A DNA stretch of 64,000 nucleotides, from NCBI RefSeq assembly GCF_006345805.1, contig NC_043009.1, positions 48,918,001-48,982,000 of the forward strand, given 5' to 3'. This document shows, piece after piece, positions 54,056 to 64,000 of this stretch; position 1 is the stretch's first letter; every line of letters starts with the position of its first letter. The DNA comes from Octopus sinensis (lineage: Eukaryota). The notes under the pieces are model-generated. The model was not told the DNA's origin and did no database searches. It saw only the letters and a program-made list of their open reading frames with translations. The position numbers and the translations under genes are program-made.

Positions 54056-54590
54056 TGCCCTGACACTGGCTCTCATGGCTTCTGATCTTAACTGATTGAA
54101 ATTGTTATCATGTACATGTTTTGTCTTGGTATAAAAGATGAGCTACAGCAAATATTCTGCTCAATACCACAGATTTGCTTGTCAGTTGCTTTACCTTAAC
54201 CAGTTGGCCGTGTCCCTCAGTGGCTAACGATATGTGCATCTCTGAACATGAGCAGAAATAGTGGGGGAGCATTCTTAGAGGTTTGGACAATTCACTTTTG
54301 GAAACATGGATGGTTCATTCAACATCCGTAAATAATCCTTATTCAGGTACCTTTTGAGCGGGATGGGCTACTCGACCAGAAGAAAATTCTAACTGGGCCC
54401 CACCTGCAATGTCATGTGCTGTTTATCTTGAAATGAGATCACCATTTCGCGCACATATGGTTGTGATGCATGTGCCTTGTGTGTACCCATATCTGACGGG
54501 TAGTCATGATGGGTATACTGGGCTTCGTATATTTTACCCCAGTCTCACTTTGATGGCATGCACTGCTCTCTTACTCAATAATAATAATAA
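54056..54590 (+). mobile_element. Unclassified interspersed repeat with an (AAT)n tail, longer copy
   Basis: As for 53400-53760; ends gcactgctctcttactc(aat)n. No ORF or tRNA head recognised. Confidence 0.7.
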
Positions 54591-54614
54591 TCCTTTCTAC
54601 TATAGGGCTTGAAG

Positions 54615-54800
54615 TGTTGGTGGGAGGGGACCAGTCGGTTACATCGACCCCAGAATTTCATTGGTACTTAATCTATCGACTCCGAACGGATGAAAGGCAA
54701 AGTTGACCTTGGTGGAATGTGAACTCATAACGTAACGACGGGCAAAAATACTGCTAAGCATTTCGTCCAGCGTACTAGCGACTCTGATAGCTCGCCACAT
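54615..54800 (-). mobile_element. SINE family B. Further diverged pieces lie at 54900-54990(-), 55060-55225(+), 56125-56260(+) and 61545-61700(-).
   Basis: atcgactccgaacggatgaaaggcaaagttgaccttggtggaatgtgaactc core. Confidence 0.8.
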
Positions 54801-54839
54801 TTTTATAATAATAATAATATTAATAATAATAATATAATA

Positions 54840-54890
<51 letters not shown>

Positions 54891-55344
54891 TGATGTTTCC
54901 AGATTTTAACCCAAGGCCAGCCAGTTCGGAGGTAGGAGAAAATCCGTCATATCGACCCCAGTTCTCAACTGGTATTTAATTTATCATGCGAATATCTAGT
55001 TGCTATTAACAGGCTTTGTTCTCACTAATGTCAACATTAACATTAGGCCAGCGTGCTGGCTGAATTCTTATCATGCCGGGAAAACTTCTTTGCAGCGTTT
55101 TGTTCGTGTTTGCGTTCCGAGCTTAAATTCAACCGTGGTCGATTTTGCTTTTCATCCTATTGTGATCTATCATTAAGTACCGGTGAAACACTGGCGTCGA
55201 CAAGGATTCTAGATTATTTTTCCGCTCTTTTTACTTAATTCTTGAGAGCGGTCGGGTTCATTTTTAGTATTATCGTTTGTGAGAGCAGTCGAATTTATTT
55301 CAGATATTCTCATTTTAAAGATCACAAGCCCACATACGCACGCG

Positions 55345-55505
55345 CACATGGCAGGCTTCCACACAGTATCTATCAACCAAATCTACTCATTAGACATCGG
55401 TCGTCCCGGTGCCATAGTAGAAGACGTTTGACCAGGGTGCCGCGCTGTGGGACTGAACCCCAAACCACATATTTTCAAAGTGAGCTTCTTAACCACACAA
55501 CCATT
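55345..55505 (-). mobile_element. SINE family A 5' part, diverged
   Basis: atagtagaagacgtttgaccagggtgccgcgctgtgggactgaacccc. Confidence 0.7.
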
Positions 55506-55619
55506 CCTGTATATAATATCTTTTCAGAAAAACATCAAATAGCTTTCGAAGTCAGTAATTTAACAAGTTATATACGTATAGAATCTATACTTCAACTATG
55601 ACTGAAAACACTGCCGAAG

Positions 55620-56095
55620 ATTTCAAAGCATGTCATAGATTATTTCCTCTCTTATTATGAAGTTGACACCTGTCATTCGCCTTATCTGCTTGGTATTCTG
55701 GAAGAAAAAAATACTGTCTTTACTCGAGGCATCTCAGCTTCAGTTAGAATGAGCCGTGCATATCATTAATCAATGACAATGTTTAGAGCGTTGTACAATC
55801 TAGACGTCAAGACCCAACCTTTGTTCAAGCAATAAATGAATTAAGTCAAATAAACCCAGCACCTTGAAACTAGACACAGAGGACTTCTCTGCTAATTAGT
55901 CAAGCAGGGAAGGGCAGCGTCCAAGGACCTTTTTCCTTCGATGTCTCTGGAACTGATGGGAGAAGACTGGAAATTATCCACAAAACGCTTATTCAATCTA
56001 AATGCGTTCAACAAACTGAATTTCGGTAAATGTATCCATTGTGCATCGGTTGGTGGCAGAAATGTTAGATCGTCGGAAACAAAACTCTTTGCCAA
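55620..56095 (-). mobile_element. Possible highly decayed CR1/L2-type RT fragment
   Basis: rc: FVSDDLTFL (cf. FADD) followed by VSSFKVLGLFD (cf. FK.LGV.FD). Weak support. Confidence 0.3.
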
Positions 56096-56608
56096 TATTC
56101 TTCCAGCTCTTTACACTTTGAATTCAAGTCCTGCTGAGGGCAATTTTAACTTTCATTCCTCTGGGGTCGATTCGATGACCCAAGCTATCAGTCGTGTACT
56201 GGAGTTTATGATATCGATTCACCTCTTCCCTCAAACTTTATGGTCTTGTCACTAAATTTGAAACAGCTAGGAGGGTGAGAGAGAATGAGAGAGAGAGAGA
56301 GTCAGACAGAGAGTCAATTCAGTGCCGTTATAATTGTTTCACTCAGTAATGATCACCAGAAAAATGCGCACTGTCAAGTCTATACCAGTTTCAAAGTGTC
56401 CAATAGACAATCCTTGCTATATTGTCATTATTAACATCATCATCATCATTCTTCTTCTTCTTCTTCTTCTTCTTCTTTTATCTTCTTCTTCTTCTTCTTA
56501 ACCTTCTTCTTCACCTTCTTCTTCTTCATCTTCTCCTTCTTCTTCTTCTTCTTCTTCTTCTTCTTCTTCTTCTTCTTCTTCTTCTTCTTCTTCTTCTTCT
56601 TCTTCTTC

Positions 56609-56698
<90 letters not shown>

Positions 56699-56954
56699 TA
56701 TTATTATTACTATTATTATTATCTTTCTCTTCTCTTTATCAATGATCTTTTTCTTCTCTTTATCTCCGTTCTTATCATTATCCTATATTTCTGTTTAATC
56801 CAACAGTCTTCGATGCTGAAGCCTGCGACCACCTCTTCTGTCCAATGTTATGGCAGTCGTTTTAAGTGGAATTGTAGATATGTCACATGATCTTACTCAA
56901 CACACTCTGAAAAATGAAGAATGTTCCTCGCCTGCAAAACATGGTTGTAGCTTA

Positions 56955-57161
56955 CGTGAGAGTGTTGAAAAGATCCTGGCTTTAGGTAAAAGAAAATACA
57001 AGAGGGTCATTCGATTGTGATTTCATTCAACATATTCCTCTCTCACGTTGACACACAAATTGAAGCGATCTTTCAGTTATTCTAAAACCCTGTAAAAGAA
57101 CTCGAAAGTTTGGGCCTCCAACCAGGCCTTTCGAAATAACCTTAAAGCCAGGAACTTTTCA

Positions 57162-57164
<3 letters not shown>
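56955..57164 (-). mobile_element. mariner-derived MITE, copy 1
   Basis: TA then TIR gagagtgttgaaaagatcctggcttt, with the inverted aaagccaggaacttttcagca at 57144-57164. Confidence 0.8.
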
Positions 57165-57216
<52 letters not shown>

Positions 57217-57232
57217 TATATATATATATATA

Positions 57233-57270
<38 letters not shown>

Positions 57271-57284
57271 ATACAGCACGGATT

Positions 57285-57334
57285 TTTGTCAGTGAACAGG
57301 TCGCGGATTTTAGCGACGAAAATATTTTGACAAA
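57285..57334 (+). ncRNA. Type I hammerhead ribozyme motif with a compensatory G3:C8 pair
   Basis: Stem I UUUGUCA/UGACAAA (7 bp), core GUGAACA plus an extra G, stem II GUCGC/GCGAC (5 bp), GAAA, palindromic AAUAUU stem III. Predicted UUU cleavage after 57327. Confidence 0.7.
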
Positions 57335-57414
57335 TTAAACTTAAATGTTGAAGTGAATCGAAAGGCTTTTGTGTGTTTCTTAAATGGCTTACAAACACCT
57401 TCCACACTGCAATT

Positions 57415-57538
<124 letters not shown>

Positions 57539-57539
57539 A

Positions 57540-57760
57540 GGGAGTGCTGAAAAGTTCCTGGCTTTGGATAAAAGAAAATACAGGAGGATCAGTTAATTAT
57601 AATTTTATTCAACATATTCCCCTCTCAGATTCACACACTTATTGCAGAGGTCCTTCAGTTTTTCTCAGCTCTGTGAAAAAACTCGGATGGTTGGGCCTGC
57701 AACCAGGCCTCTCGCGTTACACTTAAAGCCAGGAATTTTTCAAACCCCCACCTCCTTGTA
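57540..57760 (-). mobile_element. mariner-derived MITE, copy 2
   Basis: TIRs gggagtgctgaaaagttcctggcttt / aaagccaggaatttttcaaaccccc. The internal rc encodes LKDLCNKCVNLRGEYVE*, a mariner transposase C-terminus. Confidence 0.85.
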
Positions 57761-58488
57761 TAAAAGCTATAAGCATGTTGAACCCCACTACACAATCCTA
57801 AAATTTTACAAAGCATCTACAGGAACATCTTCAGTGGCTCCCTCTACAGGTGACTGAATGTTTTACAAGTCGTTATAAAGCAATAGCTTGCAGGAATTTC
57901 ATAATACTCCCCACCCCAATGAGATACAATATATAGGTCACTATCGATGTGTTCAACATGAAAGCCTTAAAGCAACCGAATCACTTATTAAATATAATTA
58001 TAGAAGGGAAATAACTCAGGTGGATCATTGGCATGAATTTAGATCAGATGCCGTAGGGGAAATTTTCTTTTCAATTTATTTGAAAATTTTCAGCAAGCAG
58101 CAAACCACACAACAATTAACAACATCAGCACACAAAACAACTTGCCTGTGTGTATATGAGTGAGTGTGAGTGTGTGTGAGTAAGCGTGCATGTGTCTATG
58201 TGAATGAATCTTTGTATATCTGCGTAGCACTAGTTAAAACATACATACACGTGCATATGCAGGTATGCAAAAGCCCAGATGTATACATATATCACATATG
58301 CACATATACACACTTCTTATTGACTGTACATTAAAAGTGTGTCATCCATAAAAAGGAAAGCAAGTTGCGTGAATTAGAGGCATACGTGGATAGAGTTTAT
58401 GGTTTCAGCTGTTTTCTGAGGGCAGACAACCACTCCTAGGAAAACTTAGTGACTTGTAGGGATGCAGTATTTCGTTATGCAAACGTAA

Positions 58489-58843
58489 TCTATATATTAA
58501 AAACACAGGATCTGTGTCAGCCTGTGTTTGTCATGTCGTGAACACTGGAGATTCAATCAACCGATATTAAATGAAATTTTACACATGCATTACATAGGGT
58601 CTATGGAGTGTCTTGGGCCTACAAAGTTTCACCCTCTTGCTTAATGTGGTCCTAGGGGCAGATAAACCACATTTTTAAAGCATTTTGGCAACGTTAGCGT
58701 CCGTAAATTGAAGAGTATTCAGTCGCTTTCCTCCAAATTTGCAACAAACATTAATCAGGCTCCTCGTATTGCCCTTGGCTAAAAAAAATATTCCAACGCT
58801 GACTATGCGCACCTCCCCAAATGCGGATTAATTATATTTGAGT
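58489..58843 (+). mobile_element. Possible non-autonomous Helitron-like element, 3' end not found
   Basis: a|tctatatattaaaaacac resembles the 5' end of the 25913 element. No CTAG terminus is seen. Confidence 0.3.
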
Positions 58844-59737
58844 AATTTTCAGCCATCCATTCCTGTGGTACTAGAGCCATGTGTGATAGTGCAGAGGCTT
58901 ACTAAAACACATATCACCTTTCATTGTATGCACTGTCTATCCAGGACTTAACAATTATTTCCAGGACCTCAATGTAGGCGGCAGAGTTAACCCTAAGTCC
59001 TTATGGAAAGAAGTAAAGGGGCATCACATGCCTTTCATTGCTGGCAATACCTAAAACCATGACAGTTGCAGGAAATTTTGTATGCATAACACTTGGAACT
59101 TCAGAAAGGTCTGTACCTAACCATCTGTCATTTCTTCAATTAACTTTTTGATCATAGTCGAAGTTTTCTCGTTTGAGAAAAACACATCCAATTTTCTTCT
59201 CCTGGATTTTTCTGTTTGTGTAAGAGCCTTTCAGATCTGGTGTAATGATTTTCTTTTGCTTTTTCTGACAAATTAACCTTTCCTCGACATATAAGACTGA
59301 TATATCTGATATCTTCGTGGATAATATTTCTAACTGTTCCTTCTGACACATGGAGATCTTTTTCAATTGACCTCATAGATTTTCTGGGATTGTAATCAAT
59401 GGTCTGTTGTACTTGCTGGATAAATCCAGGTGTTCTGATGATTCCAGAGCATTTAGAATGTTTTTTTATGCTTTGATACTGGTGATACCTTTCCATCTTC
59501 AGTCTCTAACTCCTTACAAACTTTGTAGACGAAAAACCTGGTAAATTTTAAAACTTGAGATATTTCTAAATCACTATGCTCAGCCTTTATAACTACAATA
59601 ACAGCATGCCTCTTCATTTCTTGAGTAAGCTGAAGGTCTGCCACTATTATTTTCTGAAGCAAAGATTATACAGAGTTAGGAAAAAAATGCAGCAATGACC
59701 CAAAAAACATATGCCCTCAAATACCTTACGCCCCCTG
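58844..59737 (-). pseudogene. Tc1/mariner (maT/DD37D-like) transposase pseudogene with one TIR, truncated before the third catalytic residue
   Basis: MKRHAVIV...NPRKSMRSIEKDLHVSEGTVRNIIHED...FFSNEKNF.YDQKVN*RNDRWL...HTKFPATVMVLG...GLRVNSAAYIEVL...YVF**ASALSH..QEWMAEN. The TIR end reads TA|CAGGGGGCG at 59737. Confidence 0.85.
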
Positions 59738-60323
59738 TATATACGACGGAATTCTTTCAGTTTATCTATCCATATCGTGTAATTTAATTATCATAAGGGC
59801 AATCTTTGATAATAGCGTTTCACTTTCGTTTTCCCATTTCGGTTTTTTAAACTACAAATGGTATTTCTTTGTTTAACAATGTCGGAATGGTTCTTTATCT
59901 CTCCGATGCTGCTCTACGGCCAACTGTATTTTTTTTCTAACAGTAACTTTTTGGCTTCGATAAGAAGTAGTTTCCGTTTAGCTACTGTTGTTATTGTTGC
60001 TATTGTTGTTAACATTTATTGTTGTTCATTTCTGCGTTGTTGAATTCTTTTGCGTTTGAGTTGTAATTTTTTAAGTTATCATTCTGAGACGGATTTTGGT
60101 ATGATTGCGTAAGACAGTTTACAATTTTTTTTCCTTCTTTAGCAGCAACACATAAATAATTCAATAGCGATAACAATAAAAGTGATAAACAACAATACCA
60201 CACAAAATAATTTTTAATTGCGCCAAAAAAATTATTGCAGATGACAAAATGCTGAACTTAGCACTGCGTCAAAACAACAACAACAACAACAACAGCAATA
60301 ATGATAACGATGACGACGTCGAC

Positions 60324-60385
<62 letters not shown>

Positions 60386-61069
60386 CAATAATGACAATAA
60401 CGGTAATTCTTCCTTGGCTGCCGAACAAAATTGTACCAACTACTGCTTGACAAAGTGAATGTGTCACCATATTATCAAAGATCGCTATAATGAGCTTTCT
60501 TATTATCAAAATTTCAGTGGAAAAACTAATTAAAACTAATTAAATATTAAAGATTAAATTTCATTGACCAGCGACTCTATTTGTTTATTTTTTATGTCTG
60601 TTTTATTTATTTTTTATTAGTTTTAATCTCACAGTAAAATTAATGCCATTATACACTAAATTAGTGGGTAATAAATTATTTAAATCTGTAAAAGGATAAA
60701 AAATAATCTTTATCAAAACAGATTAAAACGATTCACCGGTGACTATTTTATAACAGCCGGTATAAACCTTCATTGTAATTTAATACCATAATTGGTGGAC
60801 CTCAAGAATCAACACGTAGAAACTGAGTTTATATTTCTTTAAGACGTTTTTTTTTTTTCATTTATTTCATTTTATTTTTTTTACTTTTACTCGTGGTGAC
60901 TTCCGTTCTTTAAAAACTTTCTCTTTTGAATACTTTCGGGAGCTCTTTAATTATAAGTCTGATAAACATAAACTTCTAAATCCTTTTAATCGTGAATTCA
61001 AATTTCATCTTGATAATGAATAAATATTAAACATGATGACATCATTGAATTTCTACTGAAAAGCTAAAA

Positions 61070-61111
<42 letters not shown>

Positions 61112-62688
61112 CAGTGGAGTAGGAATCAATTGGTTCTATTAAGATTAATGCGTTTATAGGAATTAACTTGATTTATTTTTAAAGAATATATTGTTACATA
61201 TTATTATAATACAATATATTTCATATTGTTTTAATAGAATACACAATTAAATATCATTCATGAAGAATATGTTTTAGTTATTTTAATAGTATGAACTATT
61301 ACATAATAATATAATATAATATACTTCACTTTATTATAATAGAATATACTATTATATATGGTAGAATATACATGATGGTTTAATAGAATATGCTATTACA
61401 GGAATTAATATCGTTTTCTAAGGAATTAATATCGTTTTCTATGTCTACTAAACGTCAATAAATATAAAAGTAGGAAAATATCGAACAATTAAAGTATTAT
61501 AATCATTTCTTAATTTCTTTATATTTCTGTCAATTTCCGGATAATGGATTTTGATTTAGGCACAAGGGCAACAATATTGAGAAGATGAGGCTAGTCAATA
61601 CAATCGATCCTGGTGCTTGAGTGGTGCTCTTAAATACAGGGTGTGATGGTATCGACCCACCTCCTTCCCCCAATATTGCATCCCTTGTTCCTAAAATCAA
61701 TTATTTGGAAGTTGACAAAAATATTTAGAAATAAATAAAAATGCTTTCGCTTTCTCTGCGTGTCGATACTTAAGGTCTGCTCCATAATTAACTTGATTAC
61801 ACCGTGTAATTATTTACATTTAAATCAGCATAAAAGAAATGTTTCTCAATTTACGCCAGACAATATTCATTTGAAACTAGGACGTTATTTTACATTGGTC
61901 TTTCATTAATTTTTTTTTTGTGTGTGTAAATAATGTTACGGTTAGCGTCGTACAAAAATGAAAAATAAAACAATTGCAAATACTTAAGTAAATATTTAAA
62001 ATATGATGCTATTCCAGCTTTTAGTGATGAGAAATTACTAATTAGATTATGAGAAAAACTTCCACAAAAGAAGATATGAAATCTTCAAAACATTTAAAAA
62101 CAAATCTTCTAGATAAAATCGAAAGGGGATGTAGGCTACGTTTGTGACGAAAAAAAAAGTTAAAGATCGATCTACAGTTGGGGACTAAACTGTTAAACAA
62201 AGGTGTCAACTGGAGAAAGATTTTGTAACATTGTTGGAAATTTCATTATTTATGGTGAACTGTGAAAAACTTCATACCAATGGTGAAACATATTAGGCTG
62301 CATCTGGTGTTGAGGAGGATCCAATTAGGAAGTCTAGAAATTAGGAGGAATTATGGGGTTACTCCTTAGTCACGTCTGTTCCCATGCCTGTCTCGGGCTG
62401 TGGTGATAGCACATGTCAAACTCCCCCACTCCCCAGTTAAAAGTGCAGACAATATTCTTGAAGCAAAAATAGATAGGACTGGAAGGGGGCTTGTATGTGT
62501 CACAGAGATCCAACGGATTATGGAGATGTCTTAATGTCACGTGAACCAGTTCCCATGCCAAAGGGTTAAATAGGCCCTCAAGTACAATCTCAGTAAAACA
62601 GAAGAATAGCAGAGGAAACACTAGATAATCCAACGGACGGTAACAAGTAAACTCTGCCGCATGTTCGTAATTAAAATCATGAATCTTC

Positions 62689-62816
62689 AAGCTTTGTCAT
62701 GCTCGGCCCGAAGTTATTGTAGGAGACACTTGTCCAAGCCGCAACGTAGTAGGACTGAACCCCGGGACCTTGTTGTTGGGAAGCAAGCTTCTTATCACAC
62801 AGCTACGCCTGCGCCC
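62689..62816 (-). mobile_element. SINE family A 5' part
   Basis: ggactgaacccgggacc...gcttcttatcacacagctacgcctgcgcc. Confidence 0.8.
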
Positions 62817-63600
62817 AAATCTGCGAATACGTTATTCAATTAGCATTCCTTTCGTAGTGCGATAGGTTTTGATTTTTACGAGATTTAGATAGTTTCCAGC
62901 AAAAATTGAGTCAACATGGTGAATTTGAATGCTTATAAAAGTAAGGGAACACGAAGATAACAACAGCGTCTCGATAAAGAACAACTGAACTTTTCTAATT
63001 GACTGAAGACCATTAAAAATCTGTCCGAAATTTTTCTTTGAATAAACATCTGACGTCAACAATAAACTGGCCAACTAAAGCTGTTTATGACAGGTCCAGT
63101 ATAATGTGTTCAACTCGATAGAGGACAGCAGATTACAGAGTAGACCAAAGGACAGTAGAATAGAGAGGAAATCAGAGGATAGAACCCAGCCATTTATTCA
63201 TTTATTCAGTATAAGCAGATGTCTGGATATCAGTCAAAGATGAAGAGTGCCACATAAATTACTTGATCTGTTACTATCTTAAGTGTAACACTATAGCAGA
63301 TGAAATATGTATTACATTCCCTATCTCCATCCCCAACCTCTCCCTCTTTCTCTCTCCTCCCTCTTTCATATTCACTTCACTACGGAAGCAGATCACAACC
63401 AAATCAGTGTATGAAAAGAACCTTGCACCACATCACAGCTTCTCTTATTCCCAACGGGATTATCGTATTTGTTTGAAACTTTCAACAGTAAAGTTGTACT
63501 ATAGCGGTGCAGTCCTGATGAAAAAGTTGGTGCTACTGTTTTCTCTCTGGTATTATGATGTGTTCAGAAGTATTTTAAAATTCATAAAAATATTAATTAT

Positions 63601-63850
63601 ATTTTACATTATTTACATTATTTACAATTGACGGATTTTGTTCTCATCTTGTTTGTTGTTAACACAACATTACGGCTGATATACCTTTCAGCCTTCATCA
63701 GGTGTCTTGGGGAAATTTCGAACCTGGGTTCTGATTCCTAAGGTATTTTTCGATGTTGTTATTGTTATTGTTATTATTATTCAGGTCACTGCCTGGAATC
63801 GGACGCGGAATTTTGAGGTTAGTAGCCCGCGCTCTTAACCACTACGCTAT
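63601..63850 (-). mobile_element. tRNA-headed SINE-like element (family D) containing a hammerhead motif
   Basis: rc: gcgtagtggttaagagcgcgggctactaacc (A-box, anticodon arm), gtccgattcc (B-box), an (AAT/AAC) spacer, the hammerhead, and a (TAAATAATG)-repeat tail. Confidence 0.75.
63661..63706 (-). ncRNA. Type I hammerhead motif with an A13U substitution in this copy
   Basis: rc GACAC CUGAUGA A GGCUGA-aaggtata-UCAGCC GUAA U GUU GUGUU: perfect CUGAUGA, 6-bp stem II, stem I of 4 bp plus G-U. Confidence 0.6.
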
Positions 63851-64000
63851 ATATTTTAGTTAATTTCAATAGGGAAAATTTATTTGTAAAACGAGTAAAT
63901 CCTAGCATGAGCTCGGTCATGGAACGAATTAAACTCTTACTGCGAGATCTCACTGTACTAGAGAGAAACATTTATCACGACGGTCTTATTACTGTTATGC

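Noticed and set aside
62370-62690. Minus ORF with YKPP...GEFD..HH, a possible APE endonuclease echo
   Set aside because: The motif match is too loose to call without a search.
63780-63850. Genuine tRNA genes (here and at 9820-9904 and 20591-20660)
   Set aside because: No complete acceptor stem or cloverleaf, and each continues into a repeat body. These are SINE heads.

Overview
AT-rich, microsatellite-saturated eukaryotic DNA. The repeat landscape suggests an octopus/coleoid cephalopod genome, which is an inference. I recognise no intact host gene; most listed ORFs are translations of (TA)n/(CA)n/trinucleotide tracts or antisense frames of transposons. The window holds about 35 copies or fragments of tRNA-headed SINEs (called families A, B, C, D here), decayed LINEs (RTE, L1/Tx1, L2/CR1-like), four IS630-Tc1-mariner lineages (pogo/Tigger, rosa-like, maT-like, a mariner MITE pair), a non-autonomous Helitron and several local duplications. 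The most interesting signal is a set of Penelope-type minimal hammerhead ribozyme motifs in three unrelated repeat families. One has an intact core with a compensatory G3:C8 swap (57285-57334). One sits inside a tRNA-headed SINE (63601-63850). Two form an inverted pair in Penelope-like terminal repeats (15053-15087, 15672-15706). Also notable are a 2x2 combinatorial shuffling of SINE middle and tail modules, reciprocal SINE-in-SINE nesting with 12-bp TSDs, a palindromic repeat-spacer-like minisatellite, and a speculative phase-consistent chain of small exons on the minus strand. Repeat boundaries were read by eye and are approximate unless exact motifs are quoted.
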